A DNA stretch of 64,000 bases from Klebsiella phage Miami. Below are positions 57,695-64,000 of the stretch, in pieces. The stretch lies in the sequence record MT701590.1; one strand, written 5' to 3'. Within the stretch, counting starts at the first letter, position 1. The number at the start of each line of letters is the position of its first letter. The position numbers were made by a program, and so were the translations under genes. The notes beneath the pieces were generated by a model that was not told the DNA's origin, made no database searches, and saw nothing but the letters and a program-made list of their open reading frames with translations.

Positions 57695-59083
57695 ATGAAT
57701 AACCTGAACAAACTTTATCTGTCCATGCTGGAAGCTTGGGGTGCTAAAATGGAACCCGATCATAGTCTGGTTATGGTTCTGGATGGAGAGAAGTACCCTA
57801 TTAAGGTTGATGGAATGAATGTCTATCTCCCGGTAGACACTGTTCTGGATGGTAACACCATGGATAAAGTTTTCTTCCATCCGGCCTGCGAAAGTATTAT
57901 CAGCCGTGAAACCGAGATCTTTAAAGTCATTCGTAAACTGACCGGCATGAAGCTTCTGGATACCTTTAAAAAGCTCCCCCTGGTTCTGTTCAATATCGCG
58001 TCAAAACGTTCCAACAAAAATCTGCGTAGTGATCTGGTTGATATCATCGATCCGTTACGCGACGTCAAAGAAGCAACGCGTAAAGAAGTAATGAATCTGT
58101 TTGAACAAATGCGCGTCGATCTCGAAGAGAACGCAACTGTCGACAATCGTTTCATTCACTTCCAAACAACACGCGGCGGCCGTAGCAAAGTAGGCGGGGA
58201 AAAGATCTGTTATAAAGCTAAACCTATTTTCCCGTTCTATTCGGAAATGGCGAAAAAGCTGAATCGCAGTGAAGGTCTTCCGGATAACCAATCTGTTGAT
58301 GTTAACGGATGTCAGATTAGTGTGGGCGGGCTCCGGATCGCCGTGGGTATCTTTAAAGCAGTGTTCCCGGAAATCGATACACCGGACTTCTACGAGTTCG
58401 AATATCATCATCCGGATGCCGCTCGTCTCTGCGCGTTCTCTGGGGCGTATGTCAACGTGGCTGAATCCATCAACTCTCTGCAGAACTCGTTCCGTACTGA
58501 GTTCGATAAGGTTGGAGTGTATGGGTTGGAAGTGGGCTTCTTTGAGAAGATGGATAATATCTCCGAATTCTACAAACAAGTTCCTGCCATGAACTATAAC
58601 TCCCAGAATACGGTGGCGGATAGTTCATCAGGTAAATCACATTTGATCGACCAGGTGATCAACACTCAGTCGGTGATTAGCCAGAATCAGCCGCAGCAGA
58701 ATCCCCAACAACATATCGGTGGCGACAGCAACAACGGGTTCCGTTCTGTTGTAGAAGCCAGTATGCAGCCTGGTGAAGTTTATCAGGGTTGGTATTACGA
58801 CCAGAACACATCGTTCTATATCCACACCACGATGTCTACTGCCGGTCAGGTAAGCTATCGGATAACTCGCGCCGGTAACTTACTCAGCCGAGAATATAAC
58901 GGGGTACCTCAGCAGCAAGGGATGTATCCGGGATACGGTCAGTATTATCAGCAGCAGTATATGCAACCTATCGCTTACGCTAACGTAGGTGCGCCTCAGC
59001 AACAATATGTGGTGGCGACTCCTCAGATGCAGCCGTCGGTTGTGAACACTGGTTATCAGCAGCCGTCCATTGTGACTTTCTAA
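57695..59083 (+). CDS. hypothetical protein with Q/Y/G-rich low-complexity C-terminal region
   Basis: C-terminal ~120 aa: ...QQQGMYPGYGQYYQQQYMQPIAYANVGAPQQQYVVATPQMQPSVVNTGYQQPSIVTF. Confidence 0.5.
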   Translation: MNNLNKLYLSMLEAWGAKMEPDHSLVMVLDGEKYPIKVDGMNVYLPVDTVLDGNTMDKVFFHPACESIISRETEIFKVIRKLTGMKLLDTFKKLPLVLFNIASKRSNKNLRSDLVDIIDPLRDVKEATRKEVMNLFEQMRVDLEENATVDNRFIHFQTTRGGRSKVGGEKICYKAKPIFPFYSEMAKKLNRSEGLPDNQSVDVNGCQISVGGLRIAVGIFKAVFPEIDTPDFYEFEYHHPDAARLCAFSGAYVNVAESINSLQNSFRTEFDKVGVYGLEVGFFEKMDNISEFYKQVPAMNYNSQNTVADSSSGKSHLIDQVINTQSVISQNQPQQNPQQHIGGDSNNGFRSVVEASMQPGEVYQGWYYDQNTSFYIHTTMSTAGQVSYRITRAGNLLSREYNGVPQQQGMYPGYGQYYQQQYMQPIAYANVGAPQQQYVVATPQMQPSVVNTGYQQPSIVTF

Positions 59084-59094
59084 CTTAACCTGTG

Positions 59095-59130
59095 TAGTGA
59101 ATGGGGAAATCCCCATTCACTATTTTTTTG
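59095..59130 (+). terminator. rho-independent terminator
   Basis: agtgaatgggg aaat ccccattcact then atttttttg. Confidence 0.6.
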
Positions 59131-59139
59131 GGATAAAAT

Positions 59140-59490
59140 ATGCGATCTGTCGTTTTAACTAAAGATTATTTGCTTTACTGGGAAAAGCAAAACCGCATTA
59201 CGGTCAGAAATATTGTAAATCTCCTCAACGTTAAACCAGTTTACGGGGAGCTTTTATCGGATCTTCATACCAGAGTGGATTCAGAAAGACTCACCGTTGA
59301 ATTTCGTAACGTCGTGGCGAAGTTTGAAAGATTTAAACTAACTCCCCAATTGAATATTGAAGCGGACGTTTCTTTCATGGGAAGCCTAAAAGAAAACACG
59401 CCTCCCTCCTCCGACGTGGTTTACCACGCCAGAGGATTTTTAATGGGAGACCGTTTAAACGTTGTTGCTATTGACGTTTCGTTGAAATAA
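59140..59490 (+). CDS. hypothetical protein (116 aa)
   Basis: ORF. Confidence 0.4.
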   Translation: MRSVVLTKDYLLYWEKQNRITVRNIVNLLNVKPVYGELLSDLHTRVDSERLTVEFRNVVAKFERFKLTPQLNIEADVSFMGSLKENTPPSSDVVYHARGFLMGDRLNVVAIDVSLK

Positions 59491-59524
59491 ATTAAAACTA
59501 CACATTGTATCTTAAGCGACTATG

Positions 59525-59848
59525 CTAACTTAACCTCTGAGTGTTGGCTTTGGAAATTAAGTTGTCGACGATTTGCTGGTCGACATAAAGAAACGTAGTC
59601 ATTCCACTAACGTCTTGACTTGGATCCGTGATTTTATTTAAAAAACAAGTTATCCATCTCATTTCAATGGGTATGTTGTGCGCTCTCAAAACACGACTAA
59701 AATCGTACTTGTGTGCATTAAGAAAACTTCTATCGGAGATAACCTGGGTCTTAGCCATGGAAGTTAAATAATCAATGTTGCTGCGTAATAAGACCTTGGT
59801 ATCCTCGGAGAAGTAAACGTCATCAACGGTGACAAAATTACTGAACAT
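59525..59848 (-). CDS. hypothetical protein (107 aa)
   Basis: Minus-strand ORF, divergent from the RNAP genes. Confidence 0.4.
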   Translation of the reverse strand: MFSNFVTVDDVYFSEDTKVLLRSNIDYLTSMAKTQVISDRSFLNAHKYDFSRVLRAHNIPIEMRWITCFLNKITDPSQDVSGMTTFLYVDQQIVDNLISKANTQRLS

Positions 59849-59860
59849 AAGCTAACTCCT

Positions 59861-59883
59861 TTAAGACCTATATCATCGCGATG
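59861..59883. promoter_or_regulatory. divergent promoter region: shared 13-mer ttaagacctatat plus perfect palindrome catcgcgatg
   Basis: The same 13-mer occurs at 9228-9240; a reverse-complement-like copy tataggtctaattaa occurs at 35311-25. The 10-bp palindrome lies 40 nt upstream of the 59924 start. Confidence 0.35.
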
Positions 59884-59923
59884 TACCACAACTTTAGGAA
59901 TAATAACGATAGAGGCACGTTTC

Positions 59924-62035
59924 ATGGTAGAAAAATTTGTCTATAAGAAACCCACAAACCAGCTTAAACCAGAGTTGATGTCTATCAATATTAACTTGAA
60001 CTCATTTCCCTGGTCGGTTTCATCGTCACGTCAATATATGTTGGGTGGTAACGTAGCTAAAGCGGTTTCCGTACAAGGTGCGTCGACAAGACGCAATCCT
60101 ACCGGCTTCGAACCAGAATATGCTAAGTACGCTCGTAAAGTCGTAGCGCCGTCAAACATGACTGTAGAGAGAACATTTTATCAGCGATCTCTACAACCCG
60201 GTAGCAATCTTGCAGATGATTGGGCGGAGATCCACGTTATCTTCTTTAATGAAGAACACCAGCTTTATGATCTCTTAACTATTCCACGATTTAATACGCA
60301 GAATACTTATGTTGGGTTTGAGTACAAACTTAACAAGGATAACCTTCGTAAACTCAGTACAGAATCACCGACCTTTAAGAAAGGCGATGTGTTTGCGTAT
60401 TCTCCAAATATCAGCGATACTGGAGAGTGGATGTTTGGTACTGAGGCGATGGTTTGTGGGATGACCGCACCTTATACCGAAGAAGACGGCATTGCTATTA
60501 CTGAGAGTTTTGCTCGTAAGCTGACCAGCATCTTCCAACATTCTCGTAAGTTCTCCTGGAACGAAGCAGAGTACGTGCCGCTGAATCTTTATGGAACATT
60601 AGATTCTCCACGGCCTTTCCCTGAGAACGGAGAAAGTATTCGTAGTGACGGTATTGTCATGGGGTTCCGTAGACGTGACACTTCGAGCGCTCTGGTGGGC
60701 TTAACCAAAAAAGCACTCATGCGTCCTGATCAAACTTATGATATTCTTTTCTACGCGCCTAAAGATTGCGTTGTTAAAAATATCTCCGTCAAGTCAGATC
60801 GTTATAAGAACGTTTCCAATAACAAACGTCAGGAGAAGATTACTCAGCCTCACACTCAGTTGCTGGAACGTTATGAGCAGCGTTCTAACCAAATGGCGTT
60901 TGAGGTCCAGGAGTGGTATTACCGGATGGATGCGAAGTTTAAAGATTCCGATCTTCCTTTCACCCATGCGCTCCAAGAGTTCATCTCTAAACAGTTAGGT
61001 GATGTCACTAAAAACTTCGCTACCGGCAAGTATAACCAGGTCAAGCGAACCCACCGCAATAAGGCGCTTTTGGATTGGAACGTCGAGATTACTTTAAAGG
61101 AAAGAGTCACTGCGCGTAAACGTTTTAAAATTACCGACACTCAAGGCGCAAAAGGCGTAATCGTTCACATTATACCCGATGCTAACGCACCTCGATACGC
61201 CGATGGACGTCGATCAGAAGTCATCATTAATAACACTCCTGCTTTTAGACGCCAGATCTTTTCGGCGTTAATAGAAGCTGGGGTTAACTTAATAGGCTTG
61301 GAGATCGAAAACAGGATCAGGGTTCTAGTCGCTCAAAATGGAGGGTATAAGAAAGCTTATCAGGAGCTCATTAAGTTTTATCGTTCTACCGCTCCGGAAT
61401 TCGCTGATATCGTTGACGCCGCCCTCCCCACGGAAGAAGAACAATTCGATCACGTTGACTTTGTGTTGAGTGATAAGATCTGCGTTCAACGTCGAAGCGA
61501 CACTCAGCTGTATGGTGCCGACATTCTGCGATTGATGCGTGAGACCTATCCGGATATCAAACCTCAGAAGGCAATTTACGTTAACGAGCTCGGTCAGGAA
61601 ATCACCACCATGTTCCCTGTCAGTATCAGCAGCATGTATTACATCCTACTTGATAAGTTCGGTAACGATATGAGTTGCCAGTCATTCCCTAAGCGTAACG
61701 TGTACGGTCTGCCGTCTAAGTTGAACCATGGCGATCGTTATAGGGATTGGCACCGTGCTCAACCAGGCCGTAATATGGGCGAGGCGGAATCACGTCAGAA
61801 AAACACTCAGATGGGGGGAGAGGAAGTTGTAAGGCAGTTGGCGGCAGCTAACTCCCCTTACGTTTGTATCATGATGACGAAGCGTATTATTCGGGCTAAT
61901 AACCCGTTTCGAATTAAAACCATTATTAAACCTGAAGAGTATGCGATGAGCCGATCTTTGGGAATGACGATGAATTTACTTAACGACGCGGGTTATACTT
62001 TACGTAAGGAAAAAGACAGTGATCTTACTTCGTGA
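59924..62035 (+). CDS. RNA polymerase beta subunit C-terminal-like piece (non-virion RNAP, phiKZ gp71-73-like)
   Basis: TDTQGAKGVIVHIIPDANAPRYADGRRSEVIINNTPAFRRQIFSALIEAG resembles bacterial beta [51 protein letters not shown]. Confidence 0.55.
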   Translation: MVEKFVYKKPTNQLKPELMSININLNSFPWSVSSSRQYMLGGNVAKAVSVQGASTRRNPTGFEPEYAKYARKVVAPSNMTVERTFYQRSLQPGSNLADDWAEIHVIFFNEEHQLYDLLTIPRFNTQNTYVGFEYKLNKDNLRKLSTESPTFKKGDVFAYSPNISDTGEWMFGTEAMVCGMTAPYTEEDGIAITESFARKLTSIFQHSRKFSWNEAEYVPLNLYGTLDSPRPFPENGESIRSDGIVMGFRRRDTSSALVGLTKKALMRPDQTYDILFYAPKDCVVKNISVKSDRYKNVSNNKRQEKITQPHTQLLERYEQRSNQMAFEVQEWYYRMDAKFKDSDLPFTHALQEFISKQLGDVTKNFATGKYNQVKRTHRNKALLDWNVEITLKERVTARKRFKITDTQGAKGVIVHIIPDANAPRYADGRRSEVIINNTPAFRRQIFSALIEAGVNLIGLEIENRIRVLVAQNGGYKKAYQELIKFYRSTAPEFADIVDAALPTEEEQFDHVDFVLSDKICVQRRSDTQLYGADILRLMRETYPDIKPQKAIYVNELGQEITTMFPVSISSMYYILLDKFGNDMSCQSFPKRNVYGLPSKLNHGDRYRDWHRAQPGRNMGEAESRQKNTQMGGEEVVRQLAAANSPYVCIMMTKRIIRANNPFRIKTIIKPEEYAMSRSLGMTMNLLNDAGYTLRKEKDSDLTS

Positions 62036-63998
62036 TTATGCGAATCTGACCGAACGAGAGCTCCTGACCAAATGGTGGAAGAATCGTGTTAAAGTTGTGG
62101 TTAAGGATGACCACGGTGAAACACTAGAAACTGATTCTTACGTGTTGATGGTGAATTGGTATGGATTATCGATTCACCGAGCCTATAACAAAATCCCTTA
62201 TTCCATACAAGAGATATTCCAAGCCAAAGTTTGGAATGATAAAACAATACAGCGGCCCATTAACTGGTTCCTCCAAAATCAGTTGATGCCGTTAATTGAC
62301 GATCCGGTTGAAACTGATCGGATCAAGCAAATGATCTACGAGTGGCAGATCAAACTTAATAACTTCCTGCATTTCTTTGGACAGGGTGCTGAGATATCGG
62401 CATTGGGGTACGATATACTCGACGTTATGGACCATCCTTCGATGAAGAGTATCAAGGAACGGATCCATTCTCTCGAAATAACCATCGATGAAGGGGAGGC
62501 GGAATTTAAATCGCTTATCCTTGAGCATGAAGATTTCGATAGCAACACCTTTGCTTTACTCGCTAGGACCGGGTCGGTTTCGGTCAATCAGGGCTTCCAA
62601 ACCGTTATTATCAGGGGATCGGTATTTGACCTAAACAACCAGATACTCCCCAATCCTGTAGAAGCATCATTTGCAGATGGTTTGGTTAATTTGGCAGATG
62701 CTTTGGGTGAGAGTAAAGCGGCAGGCAAGAGTCTCATCAGTAACGGTCGCGCATTGGAAGATTCAGAGTGGTTCCATAGGAAATTGCATATTGTGACTTC
62801 CGTGGTGACCGATCTGCATCATCAGACTGATTGCGGGACGACCTTCACAGTACCGATTAAAATTCTTTCCAGGGATATGCTTTCTGCTATGAAGGGCAAG
62901 TATATCGTGGAAGAAGGTAAGTTGGTGTTATTAACCGATCAAACCATTAAACGTTACCATAAGGGCGACGTTATTAATATGAGGTCGGTTAAAGGTTGTC
63001 TTACCCATAAGCCTGGTGAACCTTGCGGGGTGTGTTACGGTAAGATGAAGGCGTCGATACCGTATAACGTCATCATGATGAAATCTGCGAATCCTGGCAT
63101 GTATTCCGCCACGGCAATTGCAGAACGTATTGGTCAGGCTCTTCTTTCGACCAAACACTTCATGAGACACACTCAAACTATTCCGTTCTTTGTTAAGCCA
63201 ACAGATGCGGATGTGATCTCCTCTGATACGAATTACATTTTCTTGAATAAAGAAATGTGTCGTAAAGGAACTAAGGTCATATTGGATGGGTTGATCGGAA
63301 GCGAGCTTTCTGACTTCCGAAATCTGGAATCTCTGGATGAGATCAATTTCGATCAATTGCGGACATTCCCTTCTGTTGCGTTTGAATATGAAACGGAAGA
63401 CCCGATGACCGAAGGTATTGCGATCACACAACGTAATATCACCACGTCTGTATCCTCTCGTAGTGCAAGGATGTCAAGAGAGTTTATCGAGTACGCCATC
63501 TCTAAAGGGTGGGAGAAAGATAAAAAGTTGATTACGGTCGATCTATCCGATTATCGTAGTGAGGATCCGTTGTTCTTCCTCCCTTATGTACATGAGGACC
63601 TGGATCAGTATCGTCGTCAAATCGAAGGATTTGTCTCTTTCTCCAATCGTAACAACGCTTGGAAGCAAAGGGAGATAACTCCTGAGATCTTCGGGGAAGT
63701 ATTAGGGGAAATGTGGAGCTTAGTAAACCGTAAGTTTGCCGGGATCAACATTATTCACTCCGAAATTATCCTTTACTCCCTGTTAACGAGGGATCCGTTT
63801 AACGGATTGTATAGGATACCGAGAGGCGACGAGCCCCAGTATTTCTCCGCTTTCACGCATTGTATTAACAATCGAGGAATAGGGACCCTGGCGATTTACC
63901 AGAAGCAAAATCAGATACTCGAATCCCCCGAGACGTATGATATTAAAGAACGTCAAGGAGGCGCCTTTGAGTGTTATCTGGCTCCAGCCGTCCTATAG
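62019..63998 (+). CDS. RNA polymerase beta' C-terminal-like piece (phiKZ gp74-like)
   Basis: CLTHKPGEPCGVCYGKM resembles the beta' C-terminal Zn site CDTDFGVCAHCYGRD. Downstream KSANPGMYSATAIAERIGQALLSTKHF resembles [21 protein letters not shown]. Overlaps the beta-C gene by 17 nt. Confidence 0.55.
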   Translation: MILLRDYANLTERELLTKWWKNRVKVVVKDDHGETLETDSYVLMVNWYGLSIHRAYNKIPYSIQEIFQAKVWNDKTIQRPINWFLQNQLMPLIDDPVETDRIKQMIYEWQIKLNNFLHFFGQGAEISALGYDILDVMDHPSMKSIKERIHSLEITIDEGEAEFKSLILEHEDFDSNTFALLARTGSVSVNQGFQTVIIRGSVFDLNNQILPNPVEASFADGLVNLADALGESKAAGKSLISNGRALEDSEWFHRKLHIVTSVVTDLHHQTDCGTTFTVPIKILSRDMLSAMKGKYIVEEGKLVLLTDQTIKRYHKGDVINMRSVKGCLTHKPGEPCGVCYGKMKASIPYNVIMMKSANPGMYSATAIAERIGQALLSTKHFMRHTQTIPFFVKPTDADVISSDTNYIFLNKEMCRKGTKVILDGLIGSELSDFRNLESLDEINFDQLRTFPSVAFEYETEDPMTEGIAITQRNITTSVSSRSARMSREFIEYAISKGWEKDKKLITVDLSDYRSEDPLFFLPYVHEDLDQYRRQIEGFVSFSNRNNAWKQREITPEIFGEVLGEMWSLVNRKFAGINIIHSEIILYSLLTRDPFNGLYRIPRGDEPQYFSAFTHCINNRGIGTLAIYQKQNQILESPETYDIKERQGGAFECYLAPAVL

Positions 63999-64000
63999 AC

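Overview
This window reads as a contiguous piece of a phiKZ-like (nucleus-forming, Chimalliviridae-type) jumbo phage whose codon usage suggests an enterobacterial host. It is densely packed with genes, mostly on the plus strand, most of them followed by stereotyped GC-rich hairpin terminators. Recognisable genes are: (1) split multisubunit RNA polymerase subunits — a 1418-aa beta-like subunit (85-4341), a beta'-N-like subunit (44644-) and an adjacent beta-C-like/beta'-C-like pair (59924-62035, 62019-63998); (2) a tubulin-like PhuZ homolog (34281-35243) and a highly codon-biased 670-aa protein next to the beta'-N gene that I interpret as a candidate chimallin nuclear-shell protein; (3) a contractile-tail sheath/tube-like pair on the minus strand; (4) an intein-containing large terminase; (5) an endolysin with peptidoglycan-binding repeats and a lytic transglycosylase domain, a dTMP kinase, an HD phosphohydrolase, an SbcD/Mre11-like nuclease and an SSB with a bacterial-type DIPF tail. 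The most interesting items are: (a) a group I intron carrying an HNH homing endonuclease that splits the beta' gene exactly inside the catalytic NADFDGD motif; (b) a LAGLIDADG intein in the terminase P-loop; (c) an AT-rich, catalytically intact TnpB (IS605 OrfB) gene with a structured 3' flank (possible omega-RNA); (d) a ~1.1 kb non-coding divergent region with iteron-like repeats, a ~160 bp AT island and flanking Z-DNA-prone GC tracts, which I read as a candidate origin; (e) a ~1 kb ORF-free, GC-enriched, helix-rich region upstream of phuZ (candidate large structured RNA). No CRISPR array, rRNA or convincing tRNA was seen. All functional calls come from motif recognition by eye and gene context, without database searches.
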